A DNA stretch of 64,000 bases from Clostridia bacterium (GTDB taxonomy: Bacteria > Bacillota > Clostridia > Christensenellales > Aristaeellaceae). A program made the translations under genes and the position numbers. Below, piece by piece: positions 16,742 to 26,530 of this stretch (position 1 is its first letter; every line of letters begins with the position of its first letter). The DNA is taken from positions 3,333 to 67,332 of the forward strand of contig JAFUFC010000179.1 in NCBI GenBank assembly GCA_017470095.1. Reading direction: 5' to 3'. A model generated the notes under the pieces. That model saw only the letters and a list, made by a program, of their open reading frames with translations. It had not been told where the DNA came from and made no database searches.

Positions 16742-19215
16742 AACTGAGCTTTGCCACGGGCGGCTGGCCCTTTTGCTTGGATGAATGCATGGCTGCGGCG
16801 CAGGAGATGCGCTACAACGGCATTGAGCTAAGCCAGGAAAGCCTGGCCCAATTTGCGGCGCAGGGCGATCCCCTGTCCCCCATGAGAATGATTGAAACAG
16901 TGCGAAAGCTGAACGAAGCGGACGTCGATATCGCCTGCATCACCGCTTCTCCCGCGTGGAAGGTGGTGGACATTCCCAAGCTCATCACCCTGGCCCACGA
17001 TCTGCGCTGTCCCTTTGTGACGCTGCCCTTTGAGCAGAGCGGTGAAGAAGCGGAGGAAAAAGCCGCTCTGCTTTTGCCCCTGGCGGAAAAAGCGGGCATT
17101 ACGCTGCTGATTCCCACCACCGGCTTCTTTGCCGACACCGGGGTGCTGAAAACGCTGCTGGATCGTTTTGCCTCCGATTATCTGGGCGCCGCGTGGGCTG
17201 TAGCTGACGCCGCTGCGGCAGGCAAAAGCCCGGAAGAGATCGTCACTGATCTGGGGGCCTACATTCGCCACGTATATCTAACCGACGGCATGATCGAAGC
17301 GGGCAAAGCTGTGCCCAAGCTGCTGGGCGAAGGCGAGCTGCCGCTGAGCGACGTATTTTCCGCCCTGCGGTCCATCAGCTTCGATGGCTATTATTCCCTC
17401 CGCTGGCAGCCCGGCGAAGGGGCCCTGGGACAGGCTGACGTGGTGCTGTCCCACTATGCCGCCCTGGCCCGGGATATGGGCAAGGACCCCCGACGGCCCC
17501 GGCATCAGCTGTACGAAAACAACCGGCACACTGGCAAATACATTTTCAAGAAAGACGCGCTGGTGGATCTCACCTTCTCCGGCTTGCTGGACCGGGTTGT
17601 GGAGGAATTTCCCGATCAGTACGCCTTTCGCTATACCACCCTTGACTACACCCGCACCTACCAGCAGTTTCGGGACGACGTGGACGAATGCGCCCGTGCG
17701 CTGATGGCCCTGGGCGTGCGCAAGGGCAGCAAGGTGGCCATGTGGGCCACCAACGTGCCCCAGTGGTACATCGGTTTTTGGGCCACCACCAAAATCGGCG
17801 CGGTGCTGGTGACGGTGAACACCGCTTACAAAATCCACGAAGCGGAATACCTGCTGCGCCAGAGCGACACCCACACCCTGATCATGGTGCAGGGCTGGCG
17901 GGACGCGGATTACTCCGCCATCATCAGGGAATTGTGCCCCGAATTGGACGCCACCCCTGCCGGCTCCTCCCTGCATATCAAGCGGCTGCCCTTCCTGCGC
18001 AACATCATCACCGTGGGCTTTTCCATGAAGGGCTGCATAACCTGGGAAGACGCCATGGCCCGCTCCAAGCGCACGCCTCAGGAGGCGCTGCTGAGAAGGG
18101 CCGCCAGCGTGCACCCCACCGACGTGTGCAACATGCAGTACACCTCCGGCACCACCGGCTTCCCCAAGGGTGTGATGCTGACGCACCACAACATCGTCAA
18201 CAACGGCAAATGCATTGGCGACCGAATGGATTTGTCCACCGCCGACCGGATGATGATCCAGGTGCCCATGTTCCACTGCTTCGGCATGGTGCTGGCCATG
18301 ACCGCCAGCATGACTCACGGGGCCAGCTTGTATCCCCTGCCCTACTTTTCGCCCAAGCCCGCCCTTGCCTGCATCCATCAGGAAAAGATCACGGCGTTCC
18401 ACGGCGTGCCCACCATGTTCATCGCACTGCTGGAGCATCCGGATTTTGAAAAGACCGATTTTTCCCACATGCGCACCGGCATCATGGCCGGTTCTCCCTG
18501 TCCCATCTCCGTCATGCGGGACGTGGTGAACAAGATGCACATGACGGAAATCACCATTGTGTACGGCCAGACCGAGGCCAGCCCCGGCTGCACCATGTCC
18601 TCCACCGATGATCCGCTGGAGGTGCGGGTGGCCACCGTGGGAAGGGCCCTGCCGGAAATCGAGTGCAAGATTGTCGATCCCGAAACGGGCGAGGAACTGC
18701 CGGACAACGTGACCGGCGAATTTGTAGCCCGGGGCTACAACATCATGAAGGGCTATTACAAAATGCCCCGCGCCACCCAGTCCGCCATCGACAAGGACGG
18801 CTGGCTCCACACCGGCGATCTGGCCTGCCGCACCCCGGAAGGCAATTATCGCATCACCGGACGATTAAAGGATATGATCATCCGCGGCGGCGAAAACATC
18901 TACCCCAAGGAGATTGAGGAATTTATTTATACCCATCCCAAGGTCAGCGATGTGCAGGTCATTGGCGTGCCGGATGAGCAGTACGGCGAAGAAATCATGG
19001 CCGTGGTCATCCTCAAAGAAGGACAAACCATGACCGAGGACGAATTAAAGCAATTTGTGCGGGATCACATGGCCCGGCACAAGACGCCCCGCTACGTCGC
19101 CTTCGTGGATCAATTCCCCACCAACGCAGCGGGCAAAATCCTGAAATACAAAATGCGGGAAAACGCCATCGAGCAATTAAAGCTGCAAAAGGCCAACAGC
19201 ATCGAAACCGCGTAA
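16738..19215 (+). CDS. Fusion protein: xylose-isomerase-like TIM-barrel (sugar phosphate isomerase/epimerase family) domain + AMP-forming acyl-CoA synthetase
   Basis: The N-terminal ~250 aa (MKLSFATGGWPFCLDECMAAAQEMRYNGIELS...) is TIM-barrel-like. The C-terminal ~550 aa carries the adenylate-forming motifs YTSGTTGFPKGVMLTH, VYGQTE, HTGDLA and GKILK. The start overlaps the upstream stop (ATGA). Confidence 0.8.
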   Translation: MKLSFATGGWPFCLDECMAAAQEMRYNGIELSQESLAQFAAQGDPLSPMRMIETVRKLNEADVDIACITASPAWKVVDIPKLITLAHDLRCPFVTLPFEQSGEEAEEKAALLLPLAEKAGITLLIPTTGFFADTGVLKTLLDRFASDYLGAAWAVADAAAAGKSPEEIVTDLGAYIRHVYLTDGMIEAGKAVPKLLGEGELPLSDVFSALRSISFDGYYSLRWQPGEGALGQADVVLSHYAALARDMGKDPRRPRHQLYENNRHTGKYIFKKDALVDLTFSGLLDRVVEEFPDQYAFRYTTLDYTRTYQQFRDDVDECARALMALGVRKGSKVAMWATNVPQWYIGFWATTKIGAVLVTVNTAYKIHEAEYLLRQSDTHTLIMVQGWRDADYSAIIRELCPELDATPAGSSLHIKRLPFLRNIITVGFSMKGCITWEDAMARSKRTPQEALLRRAASVHPTDVCNMQYTSGTTGFPKGVMLTHHNIVNNGKCIGDRMDLSTADRMMIQVPMFHCFGMVLAMTASMTHGASLYPLPYFSPKPALACIHQEKITAFHGVPTMFIALLEHPDFEKTDFSHMRTGIMAGSPCPISVMRDVVNKMHMTEITIVYGQTEASPGCTMSSTDDPLEVRVATVGRALPEIECKIVDPETGEELPDNVTGEFVARGYNIMKGYYKMPRATQSAIDKDGWLHTGDLACRTPEGNYRITGRLKDMIIRGGENIYPKEIEEFIYTHPKVSDVQVIGVPDEQYGEEIMAVVILKEGQTMTEDELKQFVRDHMARHKTPRYVAFVDQFPTNAAGKILKYKMRENAIEQLKLQKANSIETA

Positions 19216-19266
19216 CAGCGTTCTTCAAGCCCAGAATCGAAACGAATAGAAAGGAAGCGCATCCCC

Positions 19267-20331
19267 ATGGAAATCAAGGTCATCCCCACCACCGCCCCCA
19301 AAGCCAAGCCCGATTGGAACAACCTGGGCTTTGGCAAAATATTCACCGATCACATGTTCGTCATGGATTGGGACAGCGAAAACGGCTGGCACGACGCCCG
19401 CATCGAGCCCTTCGGCCCCCTGACGCTCCATCCCGCCGCCACGGTGTTCCATTACGGCGCGGAAATCTTCGAGGGCCTGAAGGCCTACCGCCGGCCTGAT
19501 GGGGAAGTGCAGCTTTTCCGCCCCGAAGAAAACATGAAGCGGCTGAACCAGAGCGCCGAGCGCCTGAGCCTGCCCCAGGTGGATGAGGAATTCGCCTTGA
19601 AGGCGCTCAAGCAATTTGTGGCCCTGGAAAAGGATTGGGTGCCCTCTCTGCCCGGCACCAGCCTGTACCTGCGCCCCTTCCTCTTTGGCAACGATGAAAC
19701 CTTGGGCGTGCACACCATTCACCATGCCAAGTACGTGGTCATCGCTTCCCCGGTGGGCGCGTACTACGCCGAGGGCCTGAACCCCGTGAAGATCATGATC
19801 GAGACCCGGGATGTGCGGGCCGTCCGCGGTGGCACGGGCTACGCCAAGTGTGGCGGCAACTACGCTGCTTCCATGCGTGCCGGTGACCGGGCCGCCGAAG
19901 AAGGATACAGCCAGGTGCTGTGGCTGGACGGTGTGGAACGCCGCTACATCGAAGAAGTGGGCGCCATGAACGTAATGTTCCTCATCAACGGCACCGTGGT
20001 CACGCCCCAGCTCACCGGCTCCATCCTGCCCGGCATCACCCGCAAGAGCTGCATCGAACTGCTCAAGGAAATGGGCTACACCGTGGAAGAAAGGCTGCTG
20101 TCTGTGGAAGAATTGTCTCAGGCGCTCAAGGATGGCTCCCTCCAGGAAGCCTGGGGCTGCGGCACCGCCGCCGTCATTTCTCCCATCGGCGAACTGCGCA
20201 TGGGCCAGGCCAAGTATCAGGTAGCCGACGGCGGCATCGGCAAGCTGTCCCAGAGACTGTACGATACCCTCACCGCCATCCAATGGGGCACCGCGCCGGA
20301 CGCCCACGGCTGGACCACTGTGGTAAAGTAA
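19267..20331 (+). CDS. ilvE: Branched-chain amino acid aminotransferase
   Basis: LGFGKIFTDHMFVMDW, HYGAEIFEGLKAYR and GTGYAKCGGNYAAS are typical class IV BCAT motifs. Confidence 0.9.
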   Translation: MEIKVIPTTAPKAKPDWNNLGFGKIFTDHMFVMDWDSENGWHDARIEPFGPLTLHPAATVFHYGAEIFEGLKAYRRPDGEVQLFRPEENMKRLNQSAERLSLPQVDEEFALKALKQFVALEKDWVPSLPGTSLYLRPFLFGNDETLGVHTIHHAKYVVIASPVGAYYAEGLNPVKIMIETRDVRAVRGGTGYAKCGGNYAASMRAGDRAAEEGYSQVLWLDGVERRYIEEVGAMNVMFLINGTVVTPQLTGSILPGITRKSCIELLKEMGYTVEERLLSVEELSQALKDGSLQEAWGCGTAAVISPIGELRMGQAKYQVADGGIGKLSQRLYDTLTAIQWGTAPDAHGWTTVVK

Positions 20332-20356
20332 CGGTTTCGTTCATCCGAGCAATAAA

Positions 20357-20393
20357 ACAGAACCGCTCTTTGATCGTCCAAGAGCGGTTCTGT
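20357..20393. terminator. Shared hairpin between convergent ilvE and the DUF2233-like gene
   Basis: A 14-bp stem acagaaccgctctt/aagagcggttctgt. The U-tract is better on the minus strand (TTTTATT). Confidence 0.7.
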
Positions 20394-20446
20394 TCGTATA
20401 TAGCACAGCTTGCGTTCAACAAAACGAAAAGGGCCGGGAAATCGGC

Positions 20447-21766
20447 TCATTTTTCCGTCACCTGCTCGGAATTGCCAAAGCCGATCAGGCTGTACACGCT
20501 GCGGGTACTGTTGGCGGATTTATTGATCTTTTCGCCCATGAACAGCAGGCAGGCCGTGCCGCCGCCGTCCAGATTCAGGGCCTCGATAGCGCCTTTTTCA
20601 ATCATTTTATCGGCCAGCCAGGTCAGGTACGCGCCGCTGTTGTTCTGCTCGGTCATGCGGCCCTCCACGCACAGCACCATGTAATGATACGGCGCGATCA
20701 TGCCCAGGGCCATGCGGGGCTCCTTGTAGGTGTAGTATTCATCCCGAAGCATGTATTCGCTCAGCTTCCCATCCTGCACCAGGATGGGGCCGAAGGAGAA
20801 CGTGTGCACCGCGCCCATGCTCAAATATTCCTGGGCGGTGTGCTCCTTGCTCAGGTAAGTTTTCATACTGCCATCTTCAAATACCGCCAGCACATTCAGG
20901 TTGGGGAACGAATTATCCCGATCCCGGGTTTTTTCGATCACCACGTTGCGGTTGCGAATGATGATGCCCGGCGGAATGGTATTATTCTTTTCCACAATGC
21001 GGAAGCCGAAATGATCATCGGACATGGCCAGCACAACCTGATTTTTCCGGGCGGTGGTGATAGGGCTGATGGCGGTATGACCGGGGTTTTTGCCGTTTAC
21101 ATAGGTATTCAGCGGCGACGCCGGGCTGCACTTCACATCCCCCTCATACCACACCAACTTGTTTTTCACATCCACCCATCGCTGTACATCAATGGCAATT
21201 TGGGAAGAAATATACATCCAATGCCCATCCGCTTCATCGATGTGGATAAATTCCTCCATGCCTGCGCCGTCGTCCAGGAAGCCATCCTCCGTCAAATTGG
21301 GAAGAGCGACAGATTTTAGCGCGCCGTGAGCCGGCACTGGGGTAGGTTTGGGGGTTTTGGTGGGGCGGGGCGTTTTGGTAGGCTTGGGGGTCGGTTTGGG
21401 CGTAGGCACCGGCGTAGGCGGCGGCACGGGCGAAGGCGACGGCGCATCCGCGGTTGGCACGGCCTTGCCGGAAAAAATCAACTCCTGCAATTCCGGATCA
21501 GCAATGCCCGTTTCCTCCAGGCCATTCATAGCCTGCAATTGCTTCACCCGCTCCACCATCACAGCGTTGTACTGATCGGATACTTTTTTATCCTTAAAAT
21601 ATCCCAGCCAGTACATGGCGGTCTTAAGTCGGGTCACCTCCCGGCCGCCCATGCCGTATTTCAGCGTGCGATAATCCTCCACATCTGCCATCGCAACGGC
21701 GCAAAGGCTGATGAGCGCCACGCACATCAGCCCCACGCAGAGAAATTTTGCTCTCTTACTTCGCAT
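20447..21766 (-). CDS. Secreted protein: peptidoglycan-binding domain + Pro/Thr/Lys linker + phosphodiester glycosidase (NAGPA/DUF2233-like) domain
   Basis: The signal peptide is MRSKRAKFLCVGLMCVALISLCAVAMA. The PG_binding-like segment is LKTAMYWLGYF...QLQAMNGLEETGIADPELQ. The linker is PTPVPTPKPTPKPTKTPRPTKTPKPTP. The C-terminal ALNLDGGGTACLLF motif is typical of the DUF2233 family. Confidence 0.75.
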   Translation of the reverse strand: MRSKRAKFLCVGLMCVALISLCAVAMADVEDYRTLKYGMGGREVTRLKTAMYWLGYFKDKKVSDQYNAVMVERVKQLQAMNGLEETGIADPELQELIFSGKAVPTADAPSPSPVPPPTPVPTPKPTPKPTKTPRPTKTPKPTPVPAHGALKSVALPNLTEDGFLDDGAGMEEFIHIDEADGHWMYISSQIAIDVQRWVDVKNKLVWYEGDVKCSPASPLNTYVNGKNPGHTAISPITTARKNQVVLAMSDDHFGFRIVEKNNTIPPGIIIRNRNVVIEKTRDRDNSFPNLNVLAVFEDGSMKTYLSKEHTAQEYLSMGAVHTFSFGPILVQDGKLSEYMLRDEYYTYKEPRMALGMIAPYHYMVLCVEGRMTEQNNSGAYLTWLADKMIEKGAIEALNLDGGGTACLLFMGEKINKSANSTRSVYSLIGFGNSEQVTEK

Positions 21767-22808
21767 TTTTCACTTGGCTCCAGAAAGAATTATAAATGGT
21801 GAGATAATTATCAGGAATATCGTGGAAAAATTCGCAGCGCTCCAACACGGAAGGATCGGGATTGATGGTGGTGTTTTCGGTGTAATCCTCGCCCATCAAC
21901 TCGATGGCGGCAGCGTTGGGGGACGAATACCAGATATATTCGCAGTTCTTCTGGGCAATATCGGGCCGGCAGAGGAAATTGATCAGTTTTTCCGCGTTTT
22001 CCTTATTCTTGGCAGTGGCAGGAATGACCATGGGGTCAATCCACACGTTGCTGCCTTCCTTCGGCACTGCGTAATCCAGGTCCTCGTTCAGTTCCATGGC
22101 GTAGAGCGCGTCGCCGCTGTATACCACGGCCAGCGCCGCGTCGCCGGCGGCCATTTTATCCTTGGTTTCATCCACGTAATATGCCTTCACCAAGGGCTTT
22201 TGCTCGATCAGCTTGTCCGTTGCGGCCTTCAATTCCACCAGGTTGCGGCTGTTCATGGAATAACCCAGGTATTTCAGCGTCACGCCCAGGGTATCCCGGA
22301 TGGAGTCGAGCATAATGATATCATCGGCATACTTTTCATCCCACAGAATGGACCAGGAATTCACTTCCTCTTCCACTTTCTTAGTGTTGTACAGAATGCC
22401 CACTGTGCCCCACATGAAAGGCACGGAATATTTGTTTTCCGGGTCGTAATCGGGGTTGATCAAATCCGGATTCACGTTAACCAGATTGGGCACGTTGTCA
22501 AAATTGATTTCGGCAATCAACCCTTCCGCGATCATGCGCTCCACGCAGTAATCAGAAGGGAACACCAGGTCATACGCGCCGGGGCTGACCCGCAGCTGCA
22601 CCATCATATCCTCGTTGGTGGTGAAATACATTTTATTCACATGGATGCCCGTTTCTTCTTCAAACAGGGCAAATACGTCTTCGTCCATGTAATCATACCA
22701 GTTGTACACATTCACCACTTCCTGATCGGCGAACGCGTTATTCAGGGGCAGCATCGAGAAACACAAGACCAACACGGAGACCAGAGATACCAACTTTTTC
22801 ATCATCAT
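21756..22808 (-). CDS. potD: Spermidine/putrescine ABC transporter substrate-binding protein
   Basis: The signal peptide is followed by VVNVYNWYDYMDEDVFALFEEETGIHV and LVFPSDYCVERMI. Three consecutive ATGs (22808/22805/22802) follow GGAGG, so the exact start is ambiguous. Confidence 0.85.
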   Translation of the reverse strand: MMMKKLVSLVSVLVLCFSMLPLNNAFADQEVVNVYNWYDYMDEDVFALFEEETGIHVNKMYFTTNEDMMVQLRVSPGAYDLVFPSDYCVERMIAEGLIAEINFDNVPNLVNVNPDLINPDYDPENKYSVPFMWGTVGILYNTKKVEEEVNSWSILWDEKYADDIIMLDSIRDTLGVTLKYLGYSMNSRNLVELKAATDKLIEQKPLVKAYYVDETKDKMAAGDAALAVVYSGDALYAMELNEDLDYAVPKEGSNVWIDPMVIPATAKNKENAEKLINFLCRPDIAQKNCEYIWYSSPNAAAIELMGEDYTENTTINPDPSVLERCEFFHDIPDNYLTIYNSFWSQVKNAK

Positions 22809-22861
22809 TACCTCCAATCAGTATGTTTGGGAAACGCCGCCCAGGCGGCGGTTCTTTTTTA

Positions 22862-23629
22862 TTATTCCTGCTTGCTGGAACGCTTGTTGACCAGCAGCAG
22901 CAACAGCAGCAGCACCACGAACATCAGGGCACTCAAGGCGTTCATGGTGGGCTTGATGCCCTTGCGTGCCTGGGAATAAATGAGGGTCGACAGGTTCTGC
23001 ACCAGGGGCGAAGTGGTGAAATAACTAATGGTGAAATCATCCAGCGACAGCGTAAAGGCCAACATAGCGCCGGTGATCACCCCAGGCATCACCTCGGGCA
23101 GGATCACATGCAGCAGCGCGTACATAGGCGTGGCACCCAGGTCCAGGGCCGCCTCGTAGCTATGCTTGTTCATCTGCTTTAATTTGGGCATCACCGACAG
23201 AATCACGTAAGGCACATCAAAGGTGATGTGGGCCAGCAGCATGGTCACGTATCCCCGCTCCACTTTGGTGAAAATGAACAAAAGCATCAGGCTGATACCG
23301 GTCACGATATCCGGCATGGTCATGGGAATATTGTTCAGCGTCAGCATGATGGCCTGGGGCCGCTTGCGCATGGCATGGATGCCGATAGCGGCCAGAGTGC
23401 CCAGAATGGTGGAAAACAGGGCGGCAAGCACGGCAATGCTCACTGTGACCCACAAGGATTTCATGATGTTGGGATCGTTAAACAATTTGCCGTACCAGGT
23501 AAGAGAAAAGCCTTCCCACACGGCCCGGCTTTCCCCCGCGTTAAAGGACTGCACGATCAGCACCACAATGGGCACATACAGGAACAGAAGGATCAGGCCC
23601 AGGTAAAACCGTTTCAAAATTTTCATCAT
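22862..23629 (-). CDS. potC: Spermidine/putrescine ABC transporter permease
   Basis: [30 protein letters not shown]... is a typical PotC N-terminus. The ATG overlaps the potB stop. The 35-aa upstream extension in the track is not credible. Confidence 0.85.
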   Translation of the reverse strand: MMKILKRFYLGLILLFLYVPIVVLIVQSFNAGESRAVWEGFSLTWYGKLFNDPNIMKSLWVTVSIAVLAALFSTILGTLAAIGIHAMRKRPQAIMLTLNNIPMTMPDIVTGISLMLLFIFTKVERGYVTMLLAHITFDVPYVILSVMPKLKQMNKHSYEAALDLGATPMYALLHVILPEVMPGVITGAMLAFTLSLDDFTISYFTTSPLVQNLSTLIYSQARKGIKPTMNALSALMFVVLLLLLLLVNKRSSKQE

Positions 23630-24645
23630 ACCATGCCGCCCCCTTCCCCTTCGGGATCCACCCGGCGCAGCAAGCCCAAAGAGAGCAGGATGAGCACCAT
23701 CATGATCAGCGACAGAGCGCTGCCCACGTTCCACTCCTGCAAACTGGTGGACAGGAATTTGGCTTCGATCAGATCGCCGAACAGGCTGATCTTGCCTCCG
23801 CCCAGCAGCCGGGAAATATAGAACGTGGTCACCGCGGGCATAAACACCATCGTAATCCCGCTGACCACCCCGGGCACCGACAAAGGCAGCGTCACTTTAT
23901 AGAAGGTGTGCCAATGATCACAGCCCAGGTCCATGGCCGCTTCGCTGAGCTTGTAATCCATTTTGTTCAGCACATTGTAAATGGGAAACACCATGAAAGG
24001 CAGGAAGTTATACACCATACCCAATTGCACCGCGGCGGTGTTGTTCAGCAGCTTCTGCCGCCCGATGCCGACCATTTCCAGCACGTTGTTAATCAGGCCG
24101 TTGTCCTCAAGCAAACTCATCATGGCGATGGTGCGCAAAAGAAAATTCATCCACATGGGCACAATGAACAGGATGACCAGCGTGGGCCCCAGTTTGAAAT
24201 TCCGGTCGGCCATGATATGGGCTGCTGGATAGCCCAGCAGCAGGCAAATGGCCGTGCACAAGAATGCCATCCACAAGGAAAATACCAGAGTATCGATATT
24301 GATGGAATTGCGAGCCAGGCCCAGGTCCTCCAGCGTCAAGCCCATGGACAAATACATGTTCAGTTCTTCCTGGTCCATGGCCTTCCGGGCGTTGAAATTG
24401 CTGTCCCAGAAATTTTTGAAATTATCCAGGGTAAAATTTCCCGCCGGGTCGGTGAAGGAGAAGTAAGCCACCAGCAAGCAGGGAATCACGGTGAAAATCA
24501 CCAACCACAGCACATACGGCGAAGCAAACAGGGGCCGCTTGAACCCCCGGTTTTTTCGGATATACATGCCCAGCATCACGATGAACGCCGCCAGGCCGAT
24601 CCCCATCAGCCAATAGCCCCAGATGGGCACCTGAAAATCGGTCAT
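23626..24645 (-). CDS. potB: Spermidine/putrescine ABC transporter permease
   Basis: A multi-TM MetI-like permease, with an ATGA overlap with potA. It has an N-terminal extension of roughly 40 aa containing an extra hydrophobic segment. Confidence 0.85.
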   Translation of the reverse strand: MTDFQVPIWGYWLMGIGLAAFIVMLGMYIRKNRGFKRPLFASPYVLWLVIFTVIPCLLVAYFSFTDPAGNFTLDNFKNFWDSNFNARKAMDQEELNMYLSMGLTLEDLGLARNSINIDTLVFSLWMAFLCTAICLLLGYPAAHIMADRNFKLGPTLVILFIVPMWMNFLLRTIAMMSLLEDNGLINNVLEMVGIGRQKLLNNTAAVQLGMVYNFLPFMVFPIYNVLNKMDYKLSEAAMDLGCDHWHTFYKVTLPLSVPGVVSGITMVFMPAVTTFYISRLLGGGKISLFGDLIEAKFLSTSLQEWNVGSALSLIMMVLILLSLGLLRRVDPEGEGGGMV

Positions 24646-25700
24646 TGCGCGCTTTCCTCCTGCATGGGATGCATGATATGGATATTGAACGGCACCACCG
24701 CCAGGCCCACCCGGCTGCCTTCCGGCTGCATGGTGGTGGAATGCACCTTCCAGGTGGAGTGGCCCGCGTCAATCATCATTTCGTAATGCACGCCTTTGAA
24801 CAGCACGGATTTCACCGTGCCCGTCACCTGGCCCACGTCTTCACCCACCAGCAGAATATCCTCGGGCCGGATCACCACATCCACAGGCTTGTCCTCCCCA
24901 AAGCCGGAGTCCACACAGGGAAAATCGGTGCCGCAGAAATGCACCAGTTCATCCCGCACCATGGTGCCGGAGAAAATGTTGCTTTCCCCGATGAAGTTCG
25001 CCACGAAAGCATTCTTGGGCTCATCGTAAATGGATTTGGGCGTGCCGATCTGCAAAATATGGCCGCCCCGCATGACCACGATGGTATCGCTCATGGTCAG
25101 GGCCTCTTCTTGGTCGTGGGTCACGTACAGAAAGGTAATGCCCAGGCGCTGCTGCATGGATTTAAGCTCCAGCTGCATTTCTTTCCGCAGCTTCAGGTCC
25201 AGTGCGCCCAAGGGCTCATCCAGCAAAAGCACCTCCGGCTCGTTCACCAAAGACCGGGCGATAGCAATGCGCTGCTGCTGCCCGCCGGAAAGGGAATCCA
25301 CGCTGCGCTTGCCGTAGCCCTTCATGTTCACCAAATCCAGCATGTAATCCACCTTACGGGCAATCTCGTCCTTGGGCATTTTTTTCAGCTTCAGGCCGAA
25401 GGCAATGTTGTCCTGCACGTTCAAGTGAGGAAACAGCGCGTACTTTTGAAACACTGTGTTCACCCGGCGCTTATAAGGCGGCAGGGCGGAAATATCCTGC
25501 CCGTCAAACATAACCCGGCCGGAATCCGCCATTTCAAAGCCACCGATAATCCGCAGCGTGGTGGTCTTCCCGCAGCCAGAAGGGCCCAGCAGGGTCACAA
25601 ATTCCTTTTTGCGGATGTACAGGTTGATATCAGAAAGGACGGTCACCCCGTCGTACTGCTTGGTGATATGCTCCAGGTCGATCAGGCGCTGTTCTTCCAT
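24642..25700 (-). CDS. potA: Spermidine/putrescine ABC transporter ATP-binding protein
   Basis: Walker A is [11 protein letters not shown], the signature is LSGGQQQR and Walker B is LLLDEP. There is a C-terminal TOBE-like domain. Confidence 0.9.
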   Translation of the reverse strand: MEEQRLIDLEHITKQYDGVTVLSDINLYIRKKEFVTLLGPSGCGKTTTLRIIGGFEMADSGRVMFDGQDISALPPYKRRVNTVFQKYALFPHLNVQDNIAFGLKLKKMPKDEIARKVDYMLDLVNMKGYGKRSVDSLSGGQQQRIAIARSLVNEPEVLLLDEPLGALDLKLRKEMQLELKSMQQRLGITFLYVTHDQEEALTMSDTIVVMRGGHILQIGTPKSIYDEPKNAFVANFIGESNIFSGTMVRDELVHFCGTDFPCVDSGFGEDKPVDVVIRPEDILLVGEDVGQVTGTVKSVLFKGVHYEMMIDAGHSTWKVHSTTMQPEGSRVGLAVVPFNIHIMHPMQEESAQ

Positions 25701-25722
25701 GGCTGCTTCCTCCCGTGAAAAA

Positions 25723-26265
25723 TCAAAAATTGGGCGGGGTGGAGACCCACACGAACCGGGCCTCCCGCTTCCCCTCGTTGGCGATACAATGGGTATCCGT
25801 TGGATGCAGACAGAAGCTTTCCCCCGTTCGCACCCGATGGCGTTTGCCGCCGGTCAGCAGCGTCACCGTGCCCTGCAATACGTAGCCGAATTCCTCTCCC
25901 TCATGGGGCGGCATATCCTGGGTGCGGCCGCCTTCGCCCAATGCCACCAGGATGGGCTCCATGGCGTTTTTCTGGGCGCTGGGCACCAGCCAGGTGATGC
26001 TGCCCTTGAGCAATTCCTCATCCTCTTTAACAAACATATCGCTCTGGGAAAAAACGTTTTTTTCATCGCCTCGTTCGGAAAAAAACTCCGTCAGGCTGCT
26101 GCCCAGGGCCTCCAGCATATCCGTCAGCGTGGCGATAGAAGGAGAAGCCAGGTTTCTCTCCACCTGGGAAATGAACCCCTTGCTCAGCTCGCACCGGTCC
26201 GCCATTTCTTCCTGGGTCAGGTTCCGCTTAAGCCGCAGCGTGCGCAACTTTTCGCCAATATCCAA
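25723..26265 (-). CDS. XRE-family HTH + cupin transcriptional regulator (PuuR-like)
   Basis: (L/M)[37 protein letters not shown] is a classic XRE HTH. The C-terminal cupin is [17 protein letters not shown] propose the TTG start at 26265, preceded by GGGGAAGGGG. The track's 239-aa form adds an implausible N-terminus. Confidence 0.7.
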   Translation of the reverse strand: MDIGEKLRTLRLKRNLTQEEMADRCELSKGFISQVERNLASPSIATLTDMLEALGSSLTEFFSERGDEKNVFSQSDMFVKEDEELLKGSITWLVPSAQKNAMEPILVALGEGGRTQDMPPHEGEEFGYVLQGTVTLLTGGKRHRVRTGESFCLHPTDTHCIANEGKREARFVWVSTPPNF

Positions 26266-26289
26266 GTCCCCTTCCCCCTTCCTGCGTGT

Positions 26290-26385
26290 GTTTAGAAAGA
26301 TTAAACCGGAAATCAAGACCGGAAGTTTAGAAACACTAAACTTTCTGGCAGGAAACATTAAACCACAGTCACGCCTGATTGTCAA
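26290..26385 (-). promoter_or_regulatory. Promoter plus candidate operator of the regulator-potABCD operon
   Basis: Reading the minus strand: TTGACA (26385-26380), 17-nt spacer, TTTAAT (26362-26357). Just downstream lies the inverted repeat GGAAGTTTAG-aaaca-CTAAACTTTC (26321-26345, plus-strand reading), and a third half-site GTTTAGAAAG (26290-26299). Confidence 0.55.
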
Positions 26386-26473
26386 TAGCAATTCAAAGAT
26401 TTCTCCGTCAAAATTCATCAAATTTTTTCGTCGTTTTTTCATTCATTTCTTACAGAACCATGACAGGAAAAAG

Positions 26474-26509
26474 CGCAAAAAAAGTCCGCGGATTTTGACC
26501 ATCCGCGGG
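26474..26509 (-). terminator. Terminator of the SH3b repeat-protein gene
   Basis: Stem tccgcggat/atccgcgg, followed on the minus strand by TTTTTTTGC. Confidence 0.7.
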
Positions 26510-26530
26510 CGGGGAAAAAATCGTCCGTTT

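Noticed and set aside
25723-26442. The 239-aa version of the XRE-cupin regulator.
   Set aside because: The first 59 aa have no HTH-family counterpart and would overlap the predicted promoter and operator. A TTG with a strong RBS sits exactly where XRE regulators normally begin (xDIGEKLR...).
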